Shown here: positions 28,059 through 39,635 of the stretch, in pieces
How the letters are laid out: every line of letters starts with the position of its first letter
Position numbering within the stretch: position 1 is the stretch's first letter
Assembly (NCBI GenBank): GCA_016927285.1
Contig: JAFGMZ010000096.1
Coordinates: forward strand, 1,553 to 65,552
Length of the DNA stretch: 64,000 bases
Reading direction: 5' to 3'
Origin: Chlorobiaceae bacterium
GTDB taxonomy: Bacteria; Bacteroidota; Chlorobiia; Chlorobiales; Chlorobiaceae
The notes under the pieces: model-generated
Seen by the model: only the letters and a program-made list of their open reading frames with translations
Database searches by the model: none
What the model was told of the DNA's origin: nothing
Program-made: the position numbers and the translations under genes

Positions 28059-31000
28059 ATGTCTGCAATGGCTGCCTCATTCAGTTCAAAATCGGAAATC
28101 CGCTTTGCCGTAGTGATGTACGGCGGCGTTTCTCTTGCCATATACATGAACGGAATTGCCCAGGAGCTGCTGCGCATGGTCAGGGCGACCGCAACCCAGG
28201 GGCAGGATAACAGTCCGCTTGTGCCGTATCGTGAACTCGATCGCGTGGAAGCGGTCTACCGGAAAATCGCCTATCGTCTTGCCGGTTCGAAGAATGAACA
28301 GGAGCTTCTGGAGAGCAATGCGCCGCTTGAGAAAAAATTTACCATCGACGTGATTTCTGGTACCTCGGCGGGAGGCATCAATGGTATTTTTCTTGCAAAG
28401 GCTCTTGCGATGGGTCTGAAAATCGATGAGCTCAAGAATCTCTGGATCGCCGAGGGCGATGCGAGTCTGCTGATCAACGATAAAAATTCGACGAAAAAAA
28501 CCGGATTGAAGCTCAGGAAAGAACCCGGATCGCTTTTTAACAGCCAGAGAATGTATCTGAAGCTTCTGGAGGCTTTTGAGAAAATGGAGCAGAAGAAGAC
28601 TGATGATTCAACCGGAAAACCCTATGTAGACGAACTTGATCTTTTTGTGACGGCAACAGATATTCTTGGCCTGACACTTCCGGTGAAACTTGCCGATTCT
28701 ACGGTTTACGAGCGAAAGCATCAGACCGTTTTCCGCTTTTCCTGTTCCCGATCCGGCAGTACATCATGGAATGATTTTGTGACGGACAATAACCCCATGC
28801 TTGCGTTTGCTGCCCGTTCGACATCTTCGTTTCCCTTTGCCTTTGAGCCGGTAATGCTGAGTGATATCGATGAAGTGCTCAGAAAAAAGCGCTATAAGGA
28901 GGAGTATTTTTCAGATGGAACGCGGTGGAAGCGGTTTTTCAAGAATTATCCCGAAAAATCCCCGTCAGGAACGGTAGGATATCGGTCCCGAAGTTTCGGC
29001 GATGGGGGCTATCTCGACAATAAGCCCTTCTCCTACGCGATTGAAACTATTTCAGCCAGACATTCAGATTATCCGGTTCAACGGAAACTTCTCTATATCG
29101 AGCCGACGCCGGAACATCCTGAATCAGCCCCCGAAAAAGAGGACCGCCCCAACGCCTTTGAAAACACGATCGATGCTCTGCTGAAATTGCCCCGGTACGA
29201 AACCATTCGCGAGGATCTTGAAAAGATCATCGAACGAAACCGATTGACAGGAAGGATCGAACGCATTATACGAAATCTGGATCGCGACAAGAACAAAGCA
29301 ATGTGGGATCCGCACTATATAGCGGTGTACGGTAATTGGAAGGCCCGAAAAGAGAAAAGTGTCGGGAGTGTTTTTACCGAAATCGAACCGCTGTGGGCAA
29401 AGCCTCGTTTGAATGATCGGGAGTGGGCCATGCTTGATCTTGCTGATATGACCCTGCGCAAAGGTCCTGGATATGTGGCTTATCACAGGCTTGAAATCGA
29501 AGCCGTAACCGATGATTTCGGCAGGCTTCTTGCCAGGGTCGGGGGCTTTGATGAAAATTCCGATACTGTTTTTGTTTTCAGAAATCTGCTCAATGCCTGG
29601 CGGGAGAAGATGTTCGTGGAATATCGCGGCAACGGGATCTCTTCCGAAGAGCCGCCGAAAACCATGAATGCGTTTCTGCACGCTTTCGATCTGACGTTTC
29701 CGCTCAGAAGGCTTCAGTTTCTTAACCGTCAGATTGATCGTCTTTATCTGATGGATGATGATGCGTTGGCTCTTGATGCAGAAGCCTGGGACGATCCTCC
29801 GGCAGCGGAAGAAAAGCGTTTATGGATGAAGCCTTTCAGGGAGGAGCTTCTTTTGATCAGGCAGACGGTGATGCGTATGCAGGTTATGCTGATGGATGTC
29901 GGGCGAAGGCTTCGGTCGCGGTTCAGAAGCGGAACTGACGTAGCGGAAGAGCCTTCGCAGGTGAAGCCGATCCATGAGCTGGTTGAGCGACTGGTTAAGG
30001 AACTCGCTTCCAGTCCTGAAATTCTTGCCGTGGGAACAAAGTCTTTACGAAGGGACGTTGCCGGAGCGAACTGTGCCATTGGTACTTCAGGGGATCCTGA
30101 AAACTCATTCAGACATGTTATCGATTATTTCCTCGATAACAACCGGTATGGAAAATCGGGATTCGGAAATTCGGAAAGTCCTGATTCGCGAGGCGTTACA
30201 GAAGAACAGGATAGCGAAGCCAGAGCCCGGAATTTTCTTGATCGTACCCCGGCCATTCTGAGTCTTTTCGATGCTATCGGCGATGCTGTTGAAGTTCCGA
30301 TGAGCATTGCGATCGAAAAGAGCGACGATGTCTGCCGGAATGTTCTGCGTGTTAATGAGGATGGCGGTACCGGTAACTTCGGACAAGTGTCGGCCCGTTT
30401 GATTACGGGGATCTACTATAGAAACTACAGCGATTACGATATGGTGCTTTTTCCCATTCTCTATGGTACCGGGATAGGAGATGTGGGTCGTATCGATGTT
30501 TCGCGTATCAGCCCGGAAGACGCGACTTTTCTTTTCGATGAAAGAGCTTGCAGGATGCGGAAGCTTGCCGGAACGGCGTTTGGCAGTTTCGGAGCATTCA
30601 TGGAGGAACGGTGGCGCAGGAATGACATCATGTGGGGTCAGCTTGACGGGGCCGAGCGCATTATTGCGGCACTGATGCCTGACCGGGAGGAGGCCGAAAC
30701 GTTTATCGGCGAAGCTCATGCCGGGATTGTGCTCGATACCGTTCAGGAGATGGGTCGCAAAGAGGCAAAAGACCTGCTTGTCGAGGCTTTCATGCGACCG
30801 GACAGCGGGAAACCTGAACCTGACAAGGTTTCCCGGTTTATTGGAACTCTCAGGAAATATGCCGGGCAAGTGGACTCGCGGGGCGAAGAGTCTTCGGGAT
30901 TTCCAGGAGATCTGGATGAACGCGCTCTTCGCGATCATTATCTCGCAATATTTTCGGCCAATAAAAGACTCGAACCGGAAAGCGCCCTGAAAAATGCTGC

Positions 31001-31562
31001 GAGGGCCACGACGGTGACAGGAAAAATTTTGTCAGGCATCGCTGACCAGTATGGTGTCGCAGGTAAACGTTATCTCGCGTTTCTGACGCGAATAGCCACG
31101 TTTTTTTGGTGGTTTGTCGAAGCCGCGGTGCCGCGTACCCTTGCAAGTCTGTTGCTTGAACACTGGATCAAACTGCTTTATCTGTTTGAAGTGCTGCTGC
31201 TTGTTGTCGGTTATCTGTTCTTGAACGAAGCCGTTCAGCGCCTTGCGTTATTGATTGCGGCAATAACCGGAGCGCTGCACCTGACGCTTCTTTGGCTGCG
31301 TGATCTTCTGCTTTCGAGGAGGAGCGTTCCGCGTATTTTGAAAAATATTGCGATGGTTTCCCTGCTTCTTCTGCTGCTCTTTGGTATTGCTTCAGTGGCT
31401 GCGGTTACAGGAATGAAGCACGAGTGGTGGGAGTTGTTCGATTGGTTGCATGATTGGTTGACTATGCCGAAAGGCGCCTGGAGCTGTGCAGCGCTTTTGC
31501 TTTCTGGAGTTCGCGAGGTTTGTTCGACCGCCGGATCGGCTCTGGTTATCGTTCACAGATGA
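28059..31562 (+). CDS. Patatin-like protein (DUF3376-type C-terminus, C-terminal TM helices)
   Basis: MYGGVSLAIYM, SGTSAGGING, DGGYLDNKP, RRNDIMWGQLDGAER; start uncertain. Confidence 0.88.
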   Translation: MSAMAASFSSKSEIRFAVVMYGGVSLAIYMNGIAQELLRMVRATATQGQDNSPLVPYRELDRVEAVYRKIAYRLAGSKNEQELLESNAPLEKKFTIDVISGTSAGGINGIFLAKALAMGLKIDELKNLWIAEGDASLLINDKNSTKKTGLKLRKEPGSLFNSQRMYLKLLEAFEKMEQKKTDDSTGKPYVDELDLFVTATDILGLTLPVKLADSTVYERKHQTVFRFSCSRSGSTSWNDFVTDNNPMLAFAARSTSSFPFAFEPVMLSDIDEVLRKKRYKEEYFSDGTRWKRFFKNYPEKSPSGTVGYRSRSFGDGGYLDNKPFSYAIETISARHSDYPVQRKLLYIEPTPEHPESAPEKEDRPNAFENTIDALLKLPRYETIREDLEKIIERNRLTGRIERIIRNLDRDKNKAMWDPHYIAVYGNWKARKEKSVGSVFTEIEPLWAKPRLNDREWAMLDLADMTLRKGPGYVAYHRLEIEAVTDDFGRLLARVGGFDENSDTVFVFRNLLNAWREKMFVEYRGNGISSEEPPKTMNAFLHAFDLTFPLRRLQFLNRQIDRLYLMDDDALALDAEAWDDPPAAEEKRLWMKPFREELLLIRQTVMRMQVMLMDVGRRLRSRFRSGTDVAEEPSQVKPIHELVERLVKELASSPEILAVGTKSLRRDVAGANCAIGTSGDPENSFRHVIDYFLDNNRYGKSGFGNSESPDSRGVTEEQDSEARARNFLDRTPAILSLFDAIGDAVEVPMSIAIEKSDDVCRNVLRVNEDGGTGNFGQVSARLITGIYYRNYSDYDMVLFPILYGTGIGDVGRIDVSRISPEDATFLFDERACRMRKLAGTAFGSFGAFMEERWRRNDIMWGQLDGAERIIAALMPDREEAETFIGEAHAGIVLDTVQEMGRKEAKDLLVEAFMRPDSGKPEPDKVSRFIGTLRKYAGQVDSRGEESSGFPGDLDERALRDHYLAIFSANKRLEPESALKNAARATTVTGKILSGIADQYGVAGKRYLAFLTRIATFFWWFVEAAVPRTLASLLLEHWIKLLYLFEVLLLVVGYLFLNEAVQRLALLIAAITGALHLTLLWLRDLLLSRRSVPRILKNIAMVSLLLLLLFGIASVAAVTGMKHEWWELFDWLHDWLTMPKGAWSCAALLLSGVREVCSTAGSALVIVHR

Positions 31563-31641
31563 GAGGGGGGTATGAAACGAATTCGTCGGGCGCGTTCGAA
31601 AAGAGGTTTCAGGAAACAGTGATTTTATTATTGCAGCTGGC

Positions 31642-32302
31642 ATGATAACCGGTTCAACGGTTTCATTTATCCGGGCACTTAAGGCTAATAACACTCGCGA
31701 GTGGTTTGAGGATCACAAACACGAATACCACCATGCCTATGGTGAGGTGATCGGGTTTACGGCAGAGCTGCTGAGCGTGGTTTCTTCTATAGGCGAATCC
31801 GCTCTCGATCCGAAAAACTGTATTATGCGTATCTGCCGAGATGTGCGCTTCTCTCGCGACAAGTCGCCCTGCAAGACTGGTTTTTTTTGTGTTCATTAAC
31901 CGCAGCGGACGAAAGAGTCCGTCTGGAGGCTACTATCTGCATATTGGCCCGGAAGGGGGTTCTTTCGCTGGGGGCGGCGTCTATATGCCCGAGCCGGCTG
32001 TTCTGGACCGGTTGAGGAGTGAGATTGACGAGCATTATTTTGAGTGGCGCTCGATTGTTTCGTCCGAAGCGTTTTGCAGCGCTTTTCACGAAGGGGTACT
32101 GCCTTCGGGGATGCTCAAGCGGTCCCCGAAAGGGTATGATGGCGCTAGTCCGGCTGTCGAGTATCTCAAGTATAAGAGCTACTATACCCGAAGGCTGCTC
32201 AGCGACTCCGAGGTGAATACGCCGGAATTTTTCGGCGAGCTTGCGGCACTGTTTCAGACTGGGAAGCCGATGGTCGATTTTCTCGACAGGTCGATTGGTT
32301 GA
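31642..32302 (+). pseudogene. DUF2461 (TIGR02453-like) gene split by a frameshift
   Basis: LKANNTREWF...RDVRFSRDKSP in frame 1 continues as GGYYLHIGP...AGGG.YMP in the +1 frame; removing one T from T8 at 31881-31888 restores one ORF. Confidence 0.8.
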
Positions 32303-32306
32303 CGAA

Positions 32307-33785
32307 TCAGCTGGCAGGGCTTTTGACATCGATGATTTTGGCTCCCGCGCTGTCTCCCCAGACGTTTACTGCGGTTCTGCATCGATCGAGGAACCAGTCG
32401 ATGGAGAGTATCAGCGCAATGCCTTCGATCGGAAGGTTAACCGCGCGGAGCACAATAACCATGGTGACCAGTCCGGCTTCGGGAATGCCCGCCGCACCGA
32501 TCGCTGCGAGAGTTGCTGTTAGAAAGATGATAAACAGTTCCGGCAGACCGAGCGTTATCCCGTTCATCTGTGCGATAAAGATAACCGCTACGGCTTCATA
32601 AAGCGCGGTGCCGTCCATATTGACTGTGGCGCCGAGCGGAAGTACGAAGCCTGCAGTGCGGGGCGAAATGCCGTTTTTTTCTTCGGCGCACTCGATGGTA
32701 AGCGGCAGCGTTGCAGAACTCGATGCTGTAGAAAAAGCCGCAAGCAGAGCGGGCGCTGTGTTGAGGGCAAAGGTTCGAGGCGATGTTTTTCCGAACAGTT
32801 TCAGAATCAACGGAATGGTGACGAGGCTGTGGATGGCTAACCCGCCGATGACCGTGAGCGCATAGCTTCCGAGGCTCTGCAGTTCCGGCCAGAAACCGTT
32901 GAACCCTCCGGCTTCGCCGAGTCTTCCTGCAACGAGCGCACCTATGCCGATAGGGGATGCGTACATTGCCAGATGGATGATTTTCATCATGGCTTCGTTC
33001 AGCCCGTTGAAAAAGCTGAGGGCAGATTTTCCGGCTTCACCGGACATTGATAGCGCGACTCCGAGCAGAAGCGAAAAGGTGATGACCGGCAGAATATCGT
33101 TTTCAGCCATAGCCTTGAAAATGTTCGATGGTACGAGGCCGAGGAGCATTTCCTTGAGAATTTCGCTGATGGAACGCTGTTCCTTCGCGAACCGCTGTTC
33201 TGCAAGAGGGTCAAACCTTACGCCTTTACCGGTTCCGGATCTTATGCTTACGGTGTCATTCCGCTGTTTCCAACCGGAGGTATGCAGTGTGATGCTCCGG
33301 TCGGTATGCTCTGCGGCAGTTATTGTCGCTGAGATGTTCCGATCGAGAAGGTGCAGGCTGAATGTCGAAGGATCCCCTTCGGGCAGAGCGCCTCGTTCCA
33401 GCTTTATGCCGTTTCCTTCGATGCGATAGATGGCCTCCGGTTGCGTAATGCTATTCCTGGAGCTCTGCAGACCGGTTTTGCCCGGCTGGACAAGAAGCAC
33501 CAGCGCAATGCCGGTCAGTACGGAAAGCGAGGTAGTGGCGATGTAGTATACCAGGGTGCGGGTGCCGAGCGATCCGAGATTCCGTATGTCTCCGAGTTTT
33601 GCTATACCGCTTATCATCGCTGCAATGATAAGCGGCATGACGATCATCATGAGGAACCTGATGAAGAGATCTCCTGCGAATTTTACCGACAGGCCTGCTT
33701 CCGGATAGAGTCCTCCTGCCAATCCGCCGGTTACGATTCCGGCGAGAATGCCGAGAAGCAGTCTGTTGTTTCGTTTGCCGTTCAT
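32307..33785 (-). CDS. Dicarboxylate/amino acid:cation symporter (DAACS, GltP-like)
   Basis: [36 protein letters not shown]. Confidence 0.93.
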   Translation of the reverse strand: MNGKRNNRLLLGILAGIVTGGLAGGLYPEAGLSVKFAGDLFIRFLMMIVMPLIIAAMISGIAKLGDIRNLGSLGTRTLVYYIATTSLSVLTGIALVLLVQPGKTGLQSSRNSITQPEAIYRIEGNGIKLERGALPEGDPSTFSLHLLDRNISATITAAEHTDRSITLHTSGWKQRNDTVSIRSGTGKGVRFDPLAEQRFAKEQRSISEILKEMLLGLVPSNIFKAMAENDILPVITFSLLLGVALSMSGEAGKSALSFFNGLNEAMMKIIHLAMYASPIGIGALVAGRLGEAGGFNGFWPELQSLGSYALTVIGGLAIHSLVTIPLILKLFGKTSPRTFALNTAPALLAAFSTASSSATLPLTIECAEEKNGISPRTAGFVLPLGATVNMDGTALYEAVAVIFIAQMNGITLGLPELFIIFLTATLAAIGAAGIPEAGLVTMVIVLRAVNLPIEGIALILSIDWFLDRCRTAVNVWGDSAGAKIIDVKSPAS

Positions 33786-34125
33786 CTCGTCGAACCCTTT
33801 ATGTCACGGATTGTTTTCGGTGATACCTTTTAGGGATATTGTGTTTTTTTGTGATTCCGACGGAAAGGCGGACGATTGCAGTAAGTCGGTTTTTTTATCA
33901 TAAGCTACAAAAAAAAGACGAGGAGTCCCCGAGAACGATCGGCTTTGTCAGGTTTTCGTTCGTGATGAAGTTGCACTCCCTGTGGTTTTGTCGCCCGGAC
34001 CAGAGGCGTCTTTGCATGTCGCTTTTCAGTCAGGATCGCTCCGATCAGGAAGCCGGTCGCGAAATCCGGGCGGTTTCCTGTCAAGTGACTGGCGTTCGGC
34101 CGAGGGGGTTGGGCAGCAATGGGTG

Positions 34126-35415
34126 TTAGCCGATGCCGGTTACCTTTCCTTCAAGATCGTAGGGCGTCGAGTCGGTGATCATCGCGCGGCAGAATGTGCC
34201 GGGTCGAACGTCGAATCCGCCGGTTTCGATGACGCACTCGTTGTCCACTTCCGGAGCGTCGTACTCGGTGCGGCCGAATGCCATGTTCTGTTCAACCTGA
34301 TCGACGAGCACTACGATCTCCCGGTCTTCGAATTCCCGATTTTTCTGCTGCGATATTTCTTCCTGCAATTCCATGAGTTCTGCTACGCGATTCTGTTTTT
34401 CTTCTCCGCTTACATTGTCTTCGAGCTTCCATGCGGGAGTGTATTCCTCGTGGCAGTAGGGGAAGCAGCCGAGTCGATCGAAGCGGATCTCTTCGACGAA
34501 TCGCAGCAGTTCTTCGAATTCCTTCGCGGTTTCGCCGGGGTAGCCGACGATCATGGTGGTGCGGAGCCGGATATCGGGGTTACGTTGACGAATCTCTTCG
34601 AGCAGTCGGATGGTTCCGGCTTTGTCGATGCCCCGGTTCATCGAGCGCAGGATGCGGTCGTTGCAGTGCTGCAGAGGTATGTCGAGGTAGTTGCAGAGGT
34701 TTTCACGCTCTCGCATGGTGTCGATCACCTCAATCGGAAAGTGTTGCGGGTAGGCGTAGAGCAGACGGATGCGGTCGAACGCCATGTCGGAGAGGTGAAG
34801 CACAAGGTCGTTAAGGAGCTGTTTGCCTTCGATGTCGCAGCCGTAGACGCTGATGTCCTGCGCGATGAGGTTCAGCTCCTTTACGCCTGAATGTCTGAGG
34901 AGTGCGGCTTCTCGCAGCAGCTGTTCCTGCGGCTGGCTCAGGTAGCGTCCCCGGATTTTCGGGATAGAACAGAAAGAGCATTGCCGGTCGCACCCTTCGG
35001 CGATTTTCAGGAATGTGTAGTGAGGAGGAGTCAGCAGGATGCGGTTGTCGAAAAGTTCTTCGCGGTAACGGGCTCCGATAGCGGAAAGTACGTCGGGCAG
35101 TTCGCGGGTTCCGAAGAATCCGTCAACCTCGGGGATCTCTTCCTCCAATTCTTTTCGGTAGAGTTCAGGAAGGCAGCCCATAACGTATACCCGTTGCACT
35201 AAGTGTTCCTTTTTTTTTCGAATGGCCGCAAGGGTTTCTGCTATGGACTCTTCTTTTGCGTCCTGAATGAAGCCGCAGGTGTTGATGAGGATGATGTCTG
35301 CGTCGTCGGCTGCCTCGGTAAAGGTTATGCCGCTTGCGGCAGCCTGGGCCATGAGCCGTTCGGAATCGACGGTGTTTTTCGAGCAGCCGAGGCTCAGCAG
35401 AAAGATGTTGCGCAT
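34126..35415 (-). CDS. rimO: Ribosomal protein S12 methylthiotransferase RimO
   Basis: LGCSKNTVDSE, INTCGFI, radical SAM CxxxCxxC (GCDRQCSFC), APEVD TRAM region; true start at MRNIFLL. Confidence 0.95.
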   Translation of the reverse strand: MRNIFLLSLGCSKNTVDSERLMAQAAASGITFTEAADDADIILINTCGFIQDAKEESIAETLAAIRKKKEHLVQRVYVMGCLPELYRKELEEEIPEVDGFFGTRELPDVLSAIGARYREELFDNRILLTPPHYTFLKIAEGCDRQCSFCSIPKIRGRYLSQPQEQLLREAALLRHSGVKELNLIAQDISVYGCDIEGKQLLNDLVLHLSDMAFDRIRLLYAYPQHFPIEVIDTMRERENLCNYLDIPLQHCNDRILRSMNRGIDKAGTIRLLEEIRQRNPDIRLRTTMIVGYPGETAKEFEELLRFVEEIRFDRLGCFPYCHEEYTPAWKLEDNVSGEEKQNRVAELMELQEEISQQKNREFEDREIVVLVDQVEQNMAFGRTEYDAPEVDNECVIETGGFDVRPGTFCRAMITDSTPYDLEGKVTGIG

Positions 35416-35417
35416 GG

Positions 35418-36602
<1,185 letters not shown>

Positions 36603-36634
36603 CTAAGGAGTTTCTGCGGGATAAAAAAGATCTT

Positions 36635-36970
36635 ATACTGATCGTAGTCGAGCATGCGCAGGATGCGTTGGGTATTCTTGTCGCCGAGACGGGCGCCTGT
36701 GCGGGTGTCAGCAATTGCTCCTTCGCGGTCGTTGATCTTGTTTTTTTTGCCGCACAGCACGGCAGCAGACCAATTATCGCAGTGCGAGACGAGAGTTTTG
36801 CGGCATTGTCATAATCGTCTATGGCTCATCGGAAGTCGCGGTTGTGGTATTTTTCCTTGTCGATCCGGCAGGATTCGTCAGCCGCACTGTTTTCCGGAGT
36901 ACCCTCGTTCTCCGTTAGAAAAATTAATAAGCTGAAGATGATTGCTTGTATGGCAGGCGAGGGTAATCGT
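36635..36970 (-). pseudogene. Decayed small exported TPR protein
   Basis: Reads IQAIIFSLLIFL...EKYHNRDFR*AIDDYDNAAKL then, after a frameshift, KNKINDREGAIADTRTGARLGDKNTQ; TGA at 36826-36828. Confidence 0.6.
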
Positions 36971-37199
36971 TATGATAAATTACTGTAAAAAATGCACGAC
37001 ACTTATGCATGAAATCAAGCATACGTGTCGTGAAGAATGATATACCTTATATAGCTTGTGCTGTATTATGAGCTGTCAGCAGCCGTAGATGGAGGGGAAT
37101 CAGTTGAGCGTTGTTTCAGATGCAACTTCGTTTTGAAAAGTAGTTCTTACAGCGTACTATACACGTTGGTGAATCGTAATCAACAATTGTGTGGTGTTC

Positions 37200-37742
37200 A
37201 TGACGGAAAACGAAAGAAATGCATACTGGTATGCGGTCTACGTGCGTTCCAGATATGAGAAAAAGGTTAATCGGGTTTTTATAGAGAATTCAATAGAAAG
37301 CTTTCTTCCCCTGCTTGAAACCTGGCGGCAGTGGAGCGACCGGAAAAAGAAGGTCAGCGAGCCGCTTTTCAGGGGTTATGTTTTCGTAAGGATCGATATG
37401 AAGTCGGAACATGTCAAGGTACTCGATACCGACGGCGTGGTGAAGTTTATCGGGATTGGACGGACTCCTTCCGTTATCAGCGACAGGGATATCGACTGGA
37501 TCCGAAAGCTTGTCAGGGAGCCTGATGCCGTAAAGGGGGCGGTCAATATGCTTCCTCCGGGACAGAAAGTCAAGGTGACTGCGGGGCCGTTCAAAGACCT
37601 TGAAGGCGTTGTTGTGAAAACCGGTCGCGAGTCAAGGCTCGTGGTGTATTTCGATCGGATCATGCAGGGGATTGAGGTCAGTATTTTTCCTGAACTTCTT
37701 GTTCCCCTTCATACTGCCGAGCTGAAGCCGGCAGAAAACTGA
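37200..37742 (+). CDS. UpxY/NusG-paralog transcription antiterminator
   Basis: WYAVYVRSRYEKKV, WSDRKKKV.EPLFRGYVFV, KOW motif GQKVKVTAGPFKDLEG. Confidence 0.9.
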   Translation: MTENERNAYWYAVYVRSRYEKKVNRVFIENSIESFLPLLETWRQWSDRKKKVSEPLFRGYVFVRIDMKSEHVKVLDTDGVVKFIGIGRTPSVISDRDIDWIRKLVREPDAVKGAVNMLPPGQKVKVTAGPFKDLEGVVVKTGRESRLVVYFDRIMQGIEVSIFPELLVPLHTAELKPAEN

Positions 37743-37833
37743 TTATGACGCATACTCAGGATTCGGCTCTCATAATGGTTAATCGTTTTTTTATACACAG
37801 CCTTCTTTTTTTAATTATTCTATCAGTGTATTC

Positions 37834-38844
37834 ATGAATATCCTTGTTACCGGTGCGGCGGGTTTTATTGGTTTTCATGTCTGTCAACGGCTTCTTGAAA
37901 GAGGAGAGTGCGTGACAGGACTTGATAATTTGAACGATTATTATGATGCAAGCCTGAAGGATGCCCGCCTTGAACGGCTGAAGCCCTATGATGATTTTCG
38001 TTTTGTGAAAGCCGATCTTGCTGATCGTCAGGCTATGGAGGAGCTGTTCCGTTTCGGTAAATTCGACAAGGTGGTTAATCTTGCCGCTCAGGCCGGTGTA
38101 CGTTATTCGCTCATCAATCCTTACTCTTATATTGACAGTAATATTCAGGGGTTTCTGAACATCCTTGAGGGTTGTCGCCATAACGGGGTCGCCCATCTTG
38201 TCTATGCTTCATCGAGTTCGGTTTACGGTGCGAACGAAACGATGCCCTTTTCAGTCCACGATAATGTCGATCATCCTCTTTCGCTGTATGCGGCAAGTAA
38301 AAAGGCAAACGAACTTATGGCGCATACTTACAGTCATCTGTATGGCATGCCCACGACCGGATTGCGTTTTTTTACAGTTTACGGCCCGTGGGGCAGACCA
38401 GATATGGCGCTTTTTCTTTTTACAGATGCCATTATCAACGGCAGGCCGATCAAGATTTTCAATTACGGAAACCATCGACGCGATTTTACCTATATAGACG
38501 ATATCACCGAAGGAGTTATCCGTACGCTCGATCATACTGCCGAAAGCAATCCCGAATGGTCTGGCTTTAATCCCGATCCGGGATCAAGCAAGGCGCCGTG
38601 GAGGGTTTATAATATTGGTAACAGCAAGCCTGTGAATCTGATGGATTACATCGGCGCATTGGAGCGCGAGCTTGGGAAAATTGCCGAGAAGGAGTTTCTG
38701 CCGATGCAGCCTGGCGATGTTCCCGACACCTATGCCGATGTCGATCAGCTTATGCAGGATGTGCACTACAAACCTGAAACCCCTGTCGAGTCGGGTGTCC
38801 GCCGGTTCGTGGCATGGTACAGGGATTATTACGGAGTCGCTTAG
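37834..38844 (+). CDS. NAD-dependent epimerase (UDP-glucuronate 4-epimerase-like)
   Basis: [38 protein letters not shown]. Confidence 0.93.
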   Translation: MNILVTGAAGFIGFHVCQRLLERGECVTGLDNLNDYYDASLKDARLERLKPYDDFRFVKADLADRQAMEELFRFGKFDKVVNLAAQAGVRYSLINPYSYIDSNIQGFLNILEGCRHNGVAHLVYASSSSVYGANETMPFSVHDNVDHPLSLYAASKKANELMAHTYSHLYGMPTTGLRFFTVYGPWGRPDMALFLFTDAIINGRPIKIFNYGNHRRDFTYIDDITEGVIRTLDHTAESNPEWSGFNPDPGSSKAPWRVYNIGNSKPVNLMDYIGALERELGKIAEKEFLPMQPGDVPDTYADVDQLMQDVHYKPETPVESGVRRFVAWYRDYYGVA

Positions 38845-39518
38845 TCGGGCAGGGTGTACCAGGTTCGTCTGCCTTCGGTTTTCAGCAGAAGGGCGCCTGA
38901 GCGTACGAGTGCCACAAGCGTTCCCCGTGCGCTTTCAAGCGGTATGCCGGCCATCGTTCCATAATCTTCTGCGGTAATTTTGCGGTACTCCTGAAGATAG
39001 CCGAACAGTTTCTTTTCCCTTGTGCCGAACGATATGGTAATGGGTTTCCTGTTGGAAAGCATAAGGGATATCCTGTCGTCGCATAGCGCTTTGTTGCGGC
39101 TGCCTTCTCTGGTGTAGACCCGTTTTTCCATGACGTTTTTCCTTGCCGGGGCATTGGTCGTGTGTTCAAGATGGTAGTGCGGTTTATCGGGGCTTTCCGG
39201 AATGAGCACTATCAGTACGAGCCTCCGTTTGAACTCTTCTACGTAGAAGTCGATTTCCGGTTCCGGATCGATGTGGAATCGGATGGCTTCATCCAGGATT
39301 TCAAGGGTTTCCTTTTCGCTGTGTATGCCCACAATCCGTTTGTCATCGTCAACCCCGATAAGGATGATGCCGCCCCGGCTGTTTGCGAAAGCCGTAATGG
39401 GTTTTGCTATTTTTGATGGCGAGTGAACGAGCCTTTTGAATTCGGTTTGCTCGTTTTCCCCCTGCCCGACGAGTTCGAGCAGGGAAAGCCGTTGGAATCT
39501 TGTCCGGAGCGGATCCAT
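38841..39518 (-). CDS. AlbA_2/Schlafen-domain protein with a C-terminal winged-helix-like segment
   Basis: [29 protein letters not shown]. Confidence 0.85.
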   Translation of the reverse strand: MDPLRTRFQRLSLLELVGQGENEQTEFKRLVHSPSKIAKPITAFANSRGGIILIGVDDDKRIVGIHSEKETLEILDEAIRFHIDPEPEIDFYVEEFKRRLVLIVLIPESPDKPHYHLEHTTNAPARKNVMEKRVYTREGSRNKALCDDRISLMLSNRKPITISFGTREKKLFGYLQEYRKITAEDYGTMAGIPLESARGTLVALVRSGALLLKTEGRRTWYTLPD

Positions 39519-39635
39519 AAGGGCCTGTTCAATGGTGAAAGGAACCTCTGTTATGTCGCATCGATCAACAATAGGCAGATGATCGATATCCCCTTCTGAA
39601 AATATGGCTAATTCCGCTGAGTAATCCGATTATTG

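Noticed and set aside
38841-39518. AlbA_2/Schlafen protein as an anti-phage system
   Set aside because: Solitary gene downstream of lysS with no defence partners; nothing in the sequence supports more than the domain call
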